A DNA stretch of 64,000 bases from Patescibacteria group bacterium (GTDB lineage Bacteria; Patescibacteriota; Minisyncoccia; Minisyncoccales; UBA10102), in NCBI GenBank assembly GCA_022563395.1, contig JADFNM010000001.1, positions 83,891 to 147,890 on the forward strand, written 5' to 3'. A program made the position numbers and the translations under genes. Every line of letters begins with the position of its first letter. Position 1 is the first letter of the stretch. The notes beneath the pieces were generated by a model. It made no database searches. It had not been told where the DNA came from and was given only the letters and a program-made list of their open reading frames with translations. Below are positions 19,122 through 29,270 of this stretch, one piece after another.

Positions 19122-19535
19122 ATGTTGACACCAAAGAAGGTAAAACACAGAAAGTGGATGAAAGGACGAAGCAAAGGGTTGGCAAACCGAGGTACCGAAC
19201 TTTCCTTTGGCAGCTATGGTTTGAAATCCCAGGGAACCCAGTGGATACCCTCTCGTCAAATAGAGGCTGCACGGCGAGCAATCATTAGGTACCTGCGCAA
19301 GGGAGGAAAGATGTGGATTCGCATTTTCCCAGACAAGCCCATCACAAGAAAAGGAGCCGAAACCCCCATGGGAGGCGGCAAGGGAGGTGTGGATCACTAT
19401 GTTTTTCCTATAAAGCCTGGCAGGATTATCTTTGAGATTGAAGGTATTACAGAAGACATGGCAAGGGAGGCGCTGCGCAAGGCCGCAGCAAAGCTGTCTG
19501 TTAAGACAAGTGTTGTCACAAGGGAGAAATCATGA
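19122..19535 (+). CDS. rplP: 50S ribosomal protein L16
   Basis: [23 protein letters not shown]. Confidence 0.97.
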   Translation: MLTPKKVKHRKWMKGRSKGLANRGTELSFGSYGLKSQGTQWIPSRQIEAARRAIIRYLRKGGKMWIRIFPDKPITRKGAETPMGGGKGGVDHYVFPIKPGRIIFEIEGITEDMAREALRKAAAKLSVKTSVVTREKS

Positions 19536-19720
19536 AATTGGTTGAGCTGAGAAAAAAGACCGAAACGGAGCTGCTGGATATGAACAGGAACCTGAAAGAA
19601 AAGGGACGGGATCTTCGCTTTCAGTTGGCAGCAGGCAAGGTAAAGAATGTGCGGGAAATCCGTTTGACCAAAAAGAGCATAGCCCAGGTACAAACGATAT
19701 TACAAGAAAAGAAACGCTAA
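19532..19720 (+). CDS. rpmC: 50S ribosomal protein L29
   Basis: [17 protein letters not shown]; position. Confidence 0.92.
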   Translation: MKLVELRKKTETELLDMNRNLKEKGRDLRFQLAAGKVKNVREIRLTKKSIAQVQTILQEKKR

Positions 19721-19721
19721 C

Positions 19722-19958
19722 ATGCCAAAAAGACAATTAACCGGCATTGTGGTTTCAGACAAGATGCAAAAGACTCGCGTGGTTCAGGTTGAGAGGTTAA
19801 AAACCCACCCAAAATACAAGAGGAGATACCGTTCTCATGAGAAGTATAAAGCGCATGATGAACAAAGCGAGTACCACACAGGCGATAAAGTGATTATTGA
19901 GGAGATGCGACCAATGAGCAAGGACAAGAGATGGAACATCGTGAAACGTGTAGTGTGA
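19722..19958 (+). CDS. rpsQ: 30S ribosomal protein S17
   Basis: GIVVSDKMQKT, RPMSKDKRW. Confidence 0.96.
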   Translation: MPKRQLTGIVVSDKMQKTRVVQVERLKTHPKYKRRYRSHEKYKAHDEQSEYHTGDKVIIEEMRPMSKDKRWNIVKRVV

Positions 19959-20012
19959 AACCTGAAACGTGTAGTAATTTTTACGTTTCATGTTTCATGT
20001 TTTAGGAATAAC

Positions 20013-20381
20013 ATGATTCAACCGCAGACAAATTTAAAAGTAGCTGACAATACGGGAGCAAAGCTCATCCAGTGTTTTCGTGTGTTGGGTGGTACCAGGA
20101 GACGGTATGCTGAAATTGGCGATGTCATCGTGGCAGCGGTCAAGGAAGCTGAACCTCGGCGCCAGGTGAAAAAGCACGACGTGGTAAAGGCAGTTGTGGT
20201 GAGACAGAGAAAGCCCTATCGGAGAAGTGACGGCTCCTATATCTCTTTTGACGAGAACGCAGCAGTGATTTTGGAAAAAGACAAGGAACCAATGGGAGGA
20301 AGAATGTTTGGTCCTTTTCCCCGGGAGATTCGAGAAAGGGGATACACGAAGATAGCAGCATTAGCCCCAGAACTCATATAG
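20013..20381 (+). CDS. rplN: 50S ribosomal protein L14
   Basis: [15 protein letters not shown]. Confidence 0.97.
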   Translation: MIQPQTNLKVADNTGAKLIQCFRVLGGTRRRYAEIGDVIVAAVKEAEPRRQVKKHDVVKAVVVRQRKPYRRSDGSYISFDENAAVILEKDKEPMGGRMFGPFPREIRERGYTKIAALAPELI

Positions 20382-20458
20382 CGCTGCGCGATATATTAAT
20401 CGTATTTTCTCAGAATTTTATTCAACACATTGCTAAAATTTCTTAAAAATACTCTACT

Positions 20459-20764
20459 ATGAAACTCAAGAAAGGTGATACCGTTCAGGTTATGTCGGGA
20501 AAAGAAAAGGGAAAGCGTGGCAAGATTTCACGGGTGTATCCAGAAGACTTTCTTTTGGTGGTAGAGGGAGTGAACATTAAGAAGCGGCACCGCAAGCCAA
20601 CCAAATCAGGGGAAAAAGGACAAACCATAGAAAAGCAGAATCCCATTCCTTCAAGCAAGGTACAACTGGTGTGTTCAAAGTGCAGCAAGGCAGTACGCAT
20701 TGGCTACAGGGTGGAAGGGAAGACCAAGATTAGGATATGTAAGAAATGTGGCGCAGAAGTCTAA
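20459..20764 (+). CDS. rplX: 50S ribosomal protein L24
   Basis: KKGDTVQVMSGKEKGK KOW motif. Confidence 0.96.
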   Translation: MKLKKGDTVQVMSGKEKGKRGKISRVYPEDFLLVVEGVNIKKRHRKPTKSGEKGQTIEKQNPIPSSKVQLVCSKCSKAVRIGYRVEGKTKIRICKKCGAEV

Positions 20765-20767
20765 ACC

Positions 20768-21328
20768 ATGGAAAACATGAAAAGGCGATACGAAAAAGTA
20801 GTAATTCCCGAAATGGTAAAACGCTTCGGATACAAAAATGTTATGGCAGCTCCGCGTATTGAAAAGGTGGTGCTCAATTCTTCTTTTGGGAAGCTGGCTT
20901 CTGCAAAGACCAGTGAGGAGGCAGGGAAGATTGGAAAAGCCATTGCAGAGGATATGGGCCAGATTGCAGGACAAAAGCCCGTACAGACCCGCGCCAAAAA
21001 ATCCATTGCAACCTTCAAGCTGAGACAAGGAGCTCCCATTGGGGTGAAAGTAACTTTACGGGGGCAAAGGATGTATGATTTTCTAGGCCGGCTCGTTCAC
21101 GTTGTACTGCCGCGCTCCCGCGACTTTCAGGGGTTAAAGACCTCCTTTGTCGATAACCATGGCAATTTGAGCATTGGCATTACAGAGCATTTGTTTTTTC
21201 CCGAGATTTCCCTGGAAAAGTCAAAGATTCCCTTTAGCCTGGAGGTTACAATCCCTACGACGGCAAAGACCAAAGAGGAAGGGCTGGAATTATTCAAGTT
21301 GTTAGGATTCCCAATGCAAACGGAATGA
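20768..21328 (+). CDS. rplE: 50S ribosomal protein L5
   Basis: IAGQKP, SIATFKLRQG, GVKVTLRG. Confidence 0.97.
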   Translation: MENMKRRYEKVVIPEMVKRFGYKNVMAAPRIEKVVLNSSFGKLASAKTSEEAGKIGKAIAEDMGQIAGQKPVQTRAKKSIATFKLRQGAPIGVKVTLRGQRMYDFLGRLVHVVLPRSRDFQGLKTSFVDNHGNLSIGITEHLFFPEISLEKSKIPFSLEVTIPTTAKTKEEGLELFKLLGFPMQTE

Positions 21329-21409
21329 TATATAATCGTCAAATTTCTGAAGGACACCTTAAAGTTTTTGGAGGTTGAACACCTTTTTACCAAAAAGGGG
21401 TCCACATGT

Positions 21410-21595
21410 ATGGCAAAAAAGTCACAGATTGAAAGAGCAAAAAAGAAGCCAAAGTTTGCCTCGCGCGTTGTGAGAAGATGTTTTCGATGTGGAAGAAAGA
21501 GAGGATTCATGCGAGACTTTGGGCTTTGTCGAATTTGTTTTCGGGAAATGGCGAACAAAGGATTAATACCTGGTATAACGAAATCTTCATGGTAG
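21410..21595 (+). CDS. rpsN: 30S ribosomal protein S14, zinc type
   Basis: [22 protein letters not shown]. Confidence 0.96.
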   Translation: MAKKSQIERAKKKPKFASRVVRRCFRCGRKRGFMRDFGLCRICFREMANKGLIPGITKSSW

Positions 21596-21978
21596 ACCCT
21601 ATAGCAGACATGATTAATAGAATAAAGAATGCTCAAGCTGTCAAAAAGGAAACGGTTGAGGTTCCCTTTTCTAAGATCCGTTTTGAGATTGGAAAGATTT
21701 TGGAGCGCACAGGCTTTTTGAAAAAAGTGGAGTTAAAGACCAAAAGAAGCAAGCGGCCTATTGAACTGACCCTGCAATACAAAGAGGGGATGCCGGTAAT
21801 CTCTGACGTGAAGCGTATATCAAAACCAGGGAAGCGCATGTATGCGACAGCGTCCCAACTCACAAAGATTGCACGCAGGAGAGGTATTGTTATCGTTTCT
21901 ACCTCCAAGGGATTGATGACCGCGGGGGAAGCACGGGCGCAAGGTCTCGGAGGAGAATTACTTTGTGAAATATTATGA
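21589..21978 (+). CDS. rpsH: 30S ribosomal protein S8
   Basis: [26 protein letters not shown]. Confidence 0.96.
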   Translation: MVDPIADMINRIKNAQAVKKETVEVPFSKIRFEIGKILERTGFLKKVELKTKRSKRPIELTLQYKEGMPVISDVKRISKPGKRMYATASQLTKIARRRGIVIVSTSKGLMTAGEARAQGLGGELLCEIL

Positions 21979-22541
21979 GCAGGATAGGAAAAAAACCAAT
22001 TGAAATACCGTCTGGAGTTGAGGTTATTTTAGAAAACCACACAGCTAAGGTGAAAGGCGCTAAAGGAGAGCTTAACTATGCTTTGCATCCAGACGTTGCA
22101 GTGAAAATGGAGGATAGCCAGATTGTAGTTTCCCTGAATGCCGGGCTTTCAAAAAAGCGTGCAAACCAAGCAAAGAGCCTGTGGGGATTGACTCGGACAC
22201 TTCTTTTTAACATGATATGGGGCGTATCTGAAGGATACCAAAAGAAACTTGAGATAGAAGGAACTGGATATAGGGCTGCTGTAGAGGGTGACTCTCTAAA
22301 CCTTTCTCTTGGTTTTTCCCACGCGGTAAACTTAAAGATTCCAGAAGGGCTTTCTTGCGAAGTTCAAAAGAACGTCATTATTGTTTCTGGCATCAGCAAA
22401 GAACGGGTGGGTGAATTTGCCGCCCACATTCGAAGATTGCGTCCCGTGGAGCCATACAAGGGTAAGGGCATTAGATACGAAGGCGAGGTTGTGCGCAGAA
22501 AAGTAGGAAAGAAGGCAGCCGGTGTAACCGGAGCCGCATAA
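21975..22541 (+). CDS. rplF: 50S ribosomal protein L6
   Basis: [18 protein letters not shown]. Confidence 0.97.
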   Translation: MSRIGKKPIEIPSGVEVILENHTAKVKGAKGELNYALHPDVAVKMEDSQIVVSLNAGLSKKRANQAKSLWGLTRTLLFNMIWGVSEGYQKKLEIEGTGYRAAVEGDSLNLSLGFSHAVNLKIPEGLSCEVQKNVIIVSGISKERVGEFAAHIRRLRPVEPYKGKGIRYEGEVVRRKVGKKAAGVTGAA

Positions 22542-22546
22542 GGATT

Positions 22547-22897
22547 ATGGTAAAGATTACAGCAAAGGAGCGGAGAAAAGCCCGGCATCGTCGCATCAGG
22601 ACGAGGATACAGGGAACAAAAGAGCGTCCCCGGCTTGTGGTTTCTCGTTCCAATCAGCATCTGTATGCCCAGTTGGTGGATGATGAAACGGGAAATGTGC
22701 TCGCTGCGGTTTCTGATTTGAAAGCCAAGGGAAAAATGTCAGGAGTGAAGCTTGCCAAGTCAGTAGGAAAGGCCATAGCTAAGAAAGCTCAAGGCCAAGG
22801 AGTTTCAAAGGCGGTGTTTGATCGGGGAGGGTATAAGTATCACGGAAGCGTTAAAGCATTGGCGGAAGGTGCAAGAGAAGGAGGATTACAATTTTAG
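22547..22897 (+). CDS. rplR: 50S ribosomal protein L18
   Basis: [16 protein letters not shown]. Confidence 0.97.
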   Translation: MVKITAKERRKARHRRIRTRIQGTKERPRLVVSRSNQHLYAQLVDDETGNVLAAVSDLKAKGKMSGVKLAKSVGKAIAKKAQGQGVSKAVFDRGGYKYHGSVKALAEGAREGGLQF

Positions 22898-22914
22898 ACC
22901 CCACGACTATTAAT

Positions 22915-23463
22915 ATGCCAGGAAAACAACGAAGACAGCCTCAGAGAAGGCAGCCGCGAGAGAAATCCGAGTTTGATTCAAAACTCGTGGATTTAGCTCG
23001 CGTTGTGCGTGTGTCAGCTGGCGGGAGGAGATTCCGTTTCCGTGCTGTGGTGGTGGCCGGAGACAAGAAATCTCGGGTTGGAGTTGGCGTTGCAAAGGGA
23101 GGTGATGTTGCCCAGGCAGTGGAAAAGGCAACCCGCAAAGCGACAAAGAACCTGGTGCATGTCCCAATTGTAGAGGAGACCATACCCCATGAGGTAGAAG
23201 GCCATTTTGGAGCTTCCCACATTCTGTTAAAGCCCCAGCGAAAGGGACGAGGACTAGTTGCAGGAGGGGTGACAAGAATTATTGCAGAGAAGGCCGGTAT
23301 CAAGAACATTTCTGCAAAGACCATTTCAAAGAGCAGAAATAAGTTAAACAATGCTTTAGCAACCCTAGCTGCTATAAGAAAGCTTAAGGTAAGGGAAGTA
23401 AATGAACCCAAGGTTGCAGAGGAAGCTGAAAACGAGAAACCAGAACAAGAAACTGCAAAATAA
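22915..23463 (+). CDS. rpsE: 30S ribosomal protein S5
   Basis: GGRRFRFRAVVVAGD, GLVAGG. Confidence 0.96.
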   Translation: MPGKQRRQPQRRQPREKSEFDSKLVDLARVVRVSAGGRRFRFRAVVVAGDKKSRVGVGVAKGGDVAQAVEKATRKATKNLVHVPIVEETIPHEVEGHFGASHILLKPQRKGRGLVAGGVTRIIAEKAGIKNISAKTISKSRNKLNNALATLAAIRKLKVREVNEPKVAEEAENEKPEQETAK

Positions 23464-23519
23464 GAACCTGCAAAGCAGAACCTTGCTGCAGGAGAACCTT
23501 AATTGTAAGCGAAATTAGT

Positions 23520-23951
23520 ATGCAGATGCACACACTTACGCCAAAACACAAGAGACCTCAAAAAAGGCGCATTGGCAGGGGCGGCAAGCGCGGTACCTAT
23601 TCTGGCAGGGGCATGAAAGGGCAGAAGGCAAGAGCGGGAAACCGGCCAGCACCCGTTGTCAGAGAACTATTAAAGCGCTATCCTAAACTCAAGGGATACC
23701 GCAGAGTAAAGCGGCAGAGAAAACCCCAGTCGGTTTCTTTGGCTGTTATTGAAAAGAAGTTTTCAAAAGATGAGGTGGTTTCCCCAAAGGCCCTGGTTGC
23801 AAAAGGGCTGATTAAGCAACAAAAGAGCGGTACCCCAAAAGTAAAGATTGTGGGATTGGGCAAACTCAAGAGCGTGCTCACAATCCAAGGCTGCATCCTT
23901 TCTGCTGGCGCAAAAAAAGCCATTGAAAAGAGTGGTGGGAAAATCACATGA
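23520..23951 (+). CDS. rplO: 50S ribosomal protein L15
   Basis: RIGRGG, SGRGMKGQKARAG, AIEKSGG. Confidence 0.95.
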   Translation: MQMHTLTPKHKRPQKRRIGRGGKRGTYSGRGMKGQKARAGNRPAPVVRELLKRYPKLKGYRRVKRQRKPQSVSLAVIEKKFSKDEVVSPKALVAKGLIKQQKSGTPKVKIVGLGKLKSVLTIQGCILSAGAKKAIEKSGGKIT

Positions 23952-25228
23952 CCTGGTTTCGCAACATTATTCGTACATTCCAGATCCCAGACTTAAGAAA
24001 GAAAATCCTGTTTGTTCTGGGCGTGTTTGTCCTGTTCCGCCTCATGGCAAACATTCCTATGCCCGGCATTGAGACCGAGCGTATCCAGCAGTTCTTTGCA
24101 AACAACCAGCTGTTCGGGCTCTTAAACCTCTTTACCGGGGGAGCTTTAGACAGTTTATCTATTGTTATGCTGGGACTTGGCCCCTACATTACAGCTGTCA
24201 TTATCATGCAGTTATTAACCATGATTGTTCCGGCTCTAGAGCGAATGTATAAGGAAGAAGGGGAGGCGGGAAGGCAGAGGTTTAACCAGTACGGACGATA
24301 CTTGGCAATACCCTTTGCCTTGCTGCAGGGATACGGATTTTTGACCCTGCTGACCCAACAACAGGTCATTGACCGCCTGAGTCCGGAAATCTTGGTTACG
24401 TCGCTGGTAACGATTACGGCAGGGACAATACTTTTAATGTGGCTTGGAGAGCTCATTACAGAGAAAGGCATTGGGAACGGAGTGTCACTCCTCATTTTTG
24501 CGGGTATTATTACAGGATTTCCTGCCTCAATCAGGCAGCTGTCGCTTGCTTATGACCCAACCCGACTCCCAGCCTATATTGCCTTTTTCGTCATGGCGAT
24601 TGTGATTATTGCAGGGGTAGTGTTTATCACGGAGGCGCGAAGAAACATTTCAGTTTCCTATGCAAAGCGGATTAGAGGAAACAAGATGTATGGCGGGGTT
24701 TCAACATATCTGCCCTTGCAGGTGAACCCGGCAGGAGTTATCCCTATCATCTTTGCCTTGTCTCTGTTGACTCTTCCTGGCATACTAGCCTCTTTTCTTG
24801 TGGGAATTGGAGGTGTCGTTGGAGGTATTGCAAACGCCATTCAGAATTTTTTGGTAAACCAATTGGCATATGGCATTCTTTTCTTTTCGCTTGTGGTGAT
24901 GTTTACTTTTTTCTATACTGCAGTAACCTTTGATCCAAAATCAATTTCTACAAACTTGCAAAAGATGGGGGGTTTTATACCGGGAGTGCGCCCTGGCGCC
25001 TCCACTGCCCATTTTCTCTCTTTTATCTTAAACCGCATTTTGCTTATTGGCGCCGTGTTCTTGGGAACCATTGCGGTCTTGCCCTCTATTGTGCAATGGG
25101 TAACAGGCATTGGCGCGTTTCAATTCTTATTGGGAGGAACCGCCCTCCTCATTGTGGTTTCCGTGGTTTTAGAAACCATGCGCCAGATACGCGCCCAGCT
25201 TCAAATGAGAGAGTATGATACCTTCTAA
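23948..25228 (+). CDS. secY: Preprotein translocase SecY
   Basis: LGLGPYITA, GIGNGVSL, FIPGVRPG, GGTALLIVV. Confidence 0.97.
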   Translation: MTWFRNIIRTFQIPDLRKKILFVLGVFVLFRLMANIPMPGIETERIQQFFANNQLFGLLNLFTGGALDSLSIVMLGLGPYITAVIIMQLLTMIVPALERMYKEEGEAGRQRFNQYGRYLAIPFALLQGYGFLTLLTQQQVIDRLSPEILVTSLVTITAGTILLMWLGELITEKGIGNGVSLLIFAGIITGFPASIRQLSLAYDPTRLPAYIAFFVMAIVIIAGVVFITEARRNISVSYAKRIRGNKMYGGVSTYLPLQVNPAGVIPIIFALSLLTLPGILASFLVGIGGVVGGIANAIQNFLVNQLAYGILFFSLVVMFTFFYTAVTFDPKSISTNLQKMGGFIPGVRPGASTAHFLSFILNRILLIGAVFLGTIAVLPSIVQWVTGIGAFQFLLGGTALLIVVSVVLETMRQIRAQLQMREYDTF

Positions 25229-25808
25229 ACGTTTTCCCATAGTTATTATCTTAGGGAAATCGGGATCTGGAAAAGGAACTCAGGCAAAGCTTCTTTCTGA
25301 TAAAACTGGATTCCACATTGTGAGCTCTGGCAAGCTGCTCCGCTCTCGGATAAAAAAGAAAGACTTTCTCGGCAAGAAACTACGCAAGATTATCTATGGT
25401 GGAGGCCTCGCTCCTTCGCCCCTTATCTTTCACCTATGGCTTCACGAGTTTGAGCGTTTGCTTCCACAGCGCAAGATCAAAGGCCTTATCTTTGAAGGAA
25501 GTCCGAGAAAGCTGTATGAGGCATTCCTTTTAGACGAAGTGCTGGAGTTCTACAGTGCCAACAAGAATATGCGTGTTGTGCACATTCAGCTTTCAAACAA
25601 GGAAGCGAGAAAAAGATTGCACAAGCGCGGGCGTGTCGATGATGAGCTCAACGAAGTTAATAAGCGTCTCCGTTGGTTCAAGATTGAGGTAACCCCGACT
25701 GTAAAACACTATCGCATGGAGAAAATACTTGTTGAAGTGAACGGTGAGCAGTCAGTCGAGAAAGTTCACCAGGAGATTATGCGAAAGCTGAAGACCTTTT
25801 TGATGTGA
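25215..25808 (+). CDS. adk: Adenylate kinase (short, lid-less type)
   Basis: GKSGSGKGTQA, EGSPR; canonical position after secY. Confidence 0.85.
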   Translation: MIPSKRFPIVIILGKSGSGKGTQAKLLSDKTGFHIVSSGKLLRSRIKKKDFLGKKLRKIIYGGGLAPSPLIFHLWLHEFERLLPQRKIKGLIFEGSPRKLYEAFLLDEVLEFYSANKNMRVVHIQLSNKEARKRLHKRGRVDDELNEVNKRLRWFKIEVTPTVKHYRMEKILVEVNGEQSVEKVHQEIMRKLKTFLM

Positions 25809-26548
25809 TTGTCGTTAAATCAAAACAAGATATTCGAGAGATGCGGGATGGAGGTGCAATCCTCGCCCGCATTTTAGATAGGGTTGCCACTGCGGTGAAT
25901 CCTGGAGTGACAACCAAGGAGCTGGATGCTGTAACCAGAAAGCTCATCTTGGGGGCTGAAGCTGAGACTGCGTTTTTAGGATATCAAGGGTTTCCTGGGG
26001 TTGTGTGCACTGCAGTGAATGAAGAAGGAGTGCATGTTCCGCCTTCTCAAAGAAAGCTCCGAGAGGGAGACATCCTTACCTTAGACATGGGCCTTAAATG
26101 GAAGGGGTGGTATTTGGATATGGCCCGCACCCTTCCTGTCGGAGAGGTTAATCAAGAAAAACAGCACTTGATTAAGGTTACCAAAAAGGCCTTGAATCTT
26201 GGTATTACAAAAGCGCGAGTGGGGGATCGCTTAGGTGATATTGCAAGCACCATCCAAGAGTATGTTGAAAGCAATGGGTATAATGTGGTGCGCGAGCTTT
26301 GCGGGCACGGCATTGGCAGGGAACTTCACGAAGATCCCAAGGTATTAAACTATGGTAAAGCTCATACCGGCAAAAAGCTAAAGGAAGGCATGGTTATTGC
26401 TATTGAGCCCATGGTAACGGTGGGAGATTGGAAGCTGGTCTTGGCAAAAGATGGCCATAGCTATAACACCAAAGATGGTTCTCTGTTTTGCCATTTTGAA
26501 GATACTATTGCCATTACCAGAAGAGGACCTGTGGTGCTCACAAGGTAG
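25805..26548 (+). CDS. map: Methionine aminopeptidase type I
   Basis: DMART, GHGIGRELHEDP, AIEPM, HFEDT; GTG start. Confidence 0.95.
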   Translation: MIVVKSKQDIREMRDGGAILARILDRVATAVNPGVTTKELDAVTRKLILGAEAETAFLGYQGFPGVVCTAVNEEGVHVPPSQRKLREGDILTLDMGLKWKGWYLDMARTLPVGEVNQEKQHLIKVTKKALNLGITKARVGDRLGDIASTIQEYVESNGYNVVRELCGHGIGRELHEDPKVLNYGKAHTGKKLKEGMVIAIEPMVTVGDWKLVLAKDGHSYNTKDGSLFCHFEDTIAITRRGPVVLTR

Positions 26549-26569
26549 AATCTGGTACAATAGGGCAAT

Positions 26570-27013
26570 ATGCAAGAAGCCTTGTTCACCTTTCTTGTTG
26601 CAGCTTCTCCGGTTGTAGAACTACGGGGGGCTATTCCCTTGGCTTTACTCGTCTATGAATTGCCTCTTTGGCAGGCTTTTTTCTTGTCTGTTGCAGGGAA
26701 TATGGTTCCGGTGCTTCTTTTGCCTTTTCTTGGAGCTTTGAGCGGTGAACTTTCGCGTCGCTTTTCCATCTTTGAGCGATATTTTACCTGGTTGTTCTCT
26801 AAAACAAGTAGGAACAAAAAGAGGATGTTTGAGATATTCCGGGATTTTGCCCTTGTGGTGTTTGTGGCAATTCCCTTGCCGTTCACCGGGGCTTGGACCG
26901 CCGTGGTGGCGGCGTTCGTGTTTGGGATTCCGTTTCGCCGGGCATTCCCTCTTATCCTGTTTGGGGTTATAATGGCCGCGATCATTGTGTCTCTACTGAC
27001 AACGCTATGGTAG
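26570..27013 (+). CDS. COG2426 / small multidrug export-like membrane protein
   Basis: PVVELRGAIP, FVAIPLPFTGAWT. Confidence 0.8.
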   Translation: MQEALFTFLVAASPVVELRGAIPLALLVYELPLWQAFFLSVAGNMVPVLLLPFLGALSGELSRRFSIFERYFTWLFSKTSRNKKRMFEIFRDFALVVFVAIPLPFTGAWTAVVAAFVFGIPFRRAFPLILFGVIMAAIIVSLLTTLW

Positions 27014-27115
27014 TATTAAAGGTAGCGGCCATTTTGTCCCCATAGTTAGTAAGGATTAGGGGACAATAATAGCTGGAGTTGTGGTAAGTATGATTACACT
27101 TGGTATACCAAAGCT

Positions 27116-27796
27116 ATGAAACCCATCATCATTGCAAACTGGAAAATGAATCCAGGTACTCTCAGGCAGGCAAAAACCTTGTTTTCTGCTGCACAGAAGG
27201 CAGCAAGATCAGGAAAGGTAGAAGTTGTGGTGTGTCCTCCTTATCCCTATCTTGCGGCCCTGCGCCAGATGACAAAAAAAGTTGCCCTGGGGGCTCAGAA
27301 TTGTTCCTGGGAGGACAAAGGTCCTCTCACGGGAGAGGTTTCCGCAAAGCAGCTCAAGGATATTGGATGCAGGTATGTCATTATAGGACATTCAGAACGA
27401 AAGAAGTACTTAGCTGAAACGTTGGGCATGACACGAGCGAAAGTCCAAGCTGCTTTAAGAGCGGGATTGAGTGTTATCTTGTGCGTTGAGAATGCGAGAG
27501 AGCTTCAGATGATAATGAAAAAAACCAAGAGTTTTAAAAACATTCTGGTGGTGTTTGAGCCGTCTTCTGCAATCAGCACGCAGGGAGGTACGCGTGTTAC
27601 GCCAGAAGATATTGCAAACATGGTTCAGACAATGAAAAAGGTGGCAGGAAGAAACGTTCCCGTATTGTACGGAGGGAGCGTGGATGCAAAAACCATCCGG
27701 CATATTCTCTTGCTGGGAAAGGTGCAGGGAGCTTTGGTGGGAGCTGCTTCCTTGGAGCCAAAGGAATTTGCCACCCTTGTCAAAAATGCGCTTTAA
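27116..27796 (+). CDS. tpiA: Triosephosphate isomerase (divergent)
   Basis: ANWKMN, GHSER, FEP, LYGGSV, LVGAASL. Confidence 0.88.
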   Translation: MKPIIIANWKMNPGTLRQAKTLFSAAQKAARSGKVEVVVCPPYPYLAALRQMTKKVALGAQNCSWEDKGPLTGEVSAKQLKDIGCRYVIIGHSERKKYLAETLGMTRAKVQAALRAGLSVILCVENARELQMIMKKTKSFKNILVVFEPSSAISTQGGTRVTPEDIANMVQTMKKVAGRNVPVLYGGSVDAKTIRHILLLGKVQGALVGAASLEPKEFATLVKNAL

Positions 27797-27814
27797 GAGT
27801 ATACTGGGTAGATT

Positions 27815-28327
27815 ATGGATGTTATATCTCAAGGAACATTTTACAACCCCACAAAAGGCCAAATGGATTTACAAGGGGTTCTCAGAGAACTTATAGGGTA
27901 TCTCAAGGAAAAACCAGAACGCTCCTATGAAATTATTGTAGGATGCGATTCTTCTGCTGTGGAAGAGCCCACCTTTCCCGTGGTTATTGTTGTCTTGCGC
28001 AAAAAGGAAGGAGGCAGGTTCTTTTTAACCAAAGTGAGATACCCCGCACCCCGCAAGTTCTACAACATCCATGACCGGATTTTAGAAGAGGTGCTCTTGT
28101 CTTGTCAGCTTGCTTTGTGGTTGAGAGAGAACTTTGCTCTTAAAGCAGAAAAAGAAGATCTTAAGGTGCCCTATGAGCTTCAGTACATTCATGCTGATGT
28201 GGGAGAAAACGGTGTAACCAGAGACATGATTAAGGAGGTGACAGGACTCATTCGGGGCAATGGATTTACTCCAATGATAAAGCCCCGATCCTTTGCTGCC
28301 TCTAGTGTAGCTGACCGCTTTTCCTAA
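27815..28327 (+). CDS. RNase H-like YkuK/DUF458 family protein
   Basis: IIVGCDS, IHADVGENG, KPRSFAASSVAD. Confidence 0.8.
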   Translation: MDVISQGTFYNPTKGQMDLQGVLRELIGYLKEKPERSYEIIVGCDSSAVEEPTFPVVIVVLRKKEGGRFFLTKVRYPAPRKFYNIHDRILEEVLLSCQLALWLRENFALKAEKEDLKVPYELQYIHADVGENGVTRDMIKEVTGLIRGNGFTPMIKPRSFAASSVADRFS

Positions 28328-28330
28328 CAT

Positions 28331-28406
28331 TGCCTAAATCTCATTTAAGCAATATCAATAGTGCCTAAATGAAATTAAGGATTCCTTAATTTCATTTAGG
28401 AGATAT
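28331..28406 (+). repeat. Box cluster upstream of MazG-like gene
   Basis: Boxes at 28333, 28364, 28384 followed by agatat. Confidence 0.92.
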
Positions 28407-28419
28407 TCGCTTTCGCCAT

Positions 28420-29106
28420 ATGGCTTCGCTCAAGCGCAACAGCAGTATTCTTGATTACCAGGAGTTTGTACGGCAGGTGTACGGTTTAAACAACGACCGC
28501 TACTTTAGCACTACAGACATTCTTACCCAGGTGCAGCGCTTTTGCATGCGCGGCCTTAAGGGAATCCGCAAGGGCGAGAGACAAAAGACAACACTCAATT
28601 TTTTGATTGCCCTCTGCTGGTTTATGTCTTTAATGAATCAGTTGCATATTGATCTCGCAGCTGCAACTTGGCAAAGGTTTCCCAGCCTCTGTTCATACTG
28701 CGGGAGTTGTCCGTGTGTTTGCAAAAAACAGAAGGTAAAGAAACGAAAAAGGGTTATAGCAAGAAACGGCAAGAAGCCAAAAACCATTGCAGAGTTTCAG
28801 CGCATGTTCTCTGTTATTTATCCTAAAGAGAGTAGAACCCTTGAACATGCGGGTATCCATCTGGGAGAGGAAATGGGGGAGCTGGCCGAAGCAGTGTTGG
28901 CATACCGAGGGGGAAGGAATGAAGAGGACTTTGAAAAAGTAGCTGAAGAGGGCGCAGATTTTCTTTCCTGCCTGTTTGGTGTATGTAATTCATGGGATAT
29001 TGAGGTTGCAAAGGAGCTTGCAGCAATGTTTCCTGAGAACTGCCATGTGTGCAAAAAGGCTCCATGCGAGTGTAGTTTTCAGTCCATCACCGATTTTAAG
29101 TCCTAA
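28420..29106 (+). CDS. MazG-like NTP pyrophosphohydrolase with two Cys-rich clusters
   Basis: HLGEEMGELAEA...EEGAD; CSYCGSCPCVC and CHVCKKAPCEC. Confidence 0.75.
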   Translation: MASLKRNSSILDYQEFVRQVYGLNNDRYFSTTDILTQVQRFCMRGLKGIRKGERQKTTLNFLIALCWFMSLMNQLHIDLAAATWQRFPSLCSYCGSCPCVCKKQKVKKRKRVIARNGKKPKTIAEFQRMFSVIYPKESRTLEHAGIHLGEEMGELAEAVLAYRGGRNEEDFEKVAEEGADFLSCLFGVCNSWDIEVAKELAAMFPENCHVCKKAPCECSFQSITDFKS

Positions 29107-29126
29107 AAAGTTATTCACATTGACGA
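29105..29126 (+). repeat. 22-bp direct repeat, copy 1
   Basis: aaaaagttattcacattgacga, identical to 31175-31196. Confidence 0.9.
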
Positions 29127-29145
29127 AAAATCTTAGCCAATAATT

Positions 29146-29263
29146 CCTTAATGAAATTAAGGATTCCTAAATTTCATTAAGGAGATATGCGAAGAACCAT
29201 TAGCTCCTAAACGAGATTTAAGCAAGCCAAAGAATCGCTAGGAAGGCGGTTTTTTGATAGGAT
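29146..29263 (+). repeat. Complete composite element upstream of LMF gene
   Basis: Boxes at 29146, 29166, 29206; tail ccaaagaatcgctaggaaggcggttttttgataggat. Confidence 0.92.
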
Positions 29264-29270
29264 AGAGTGG

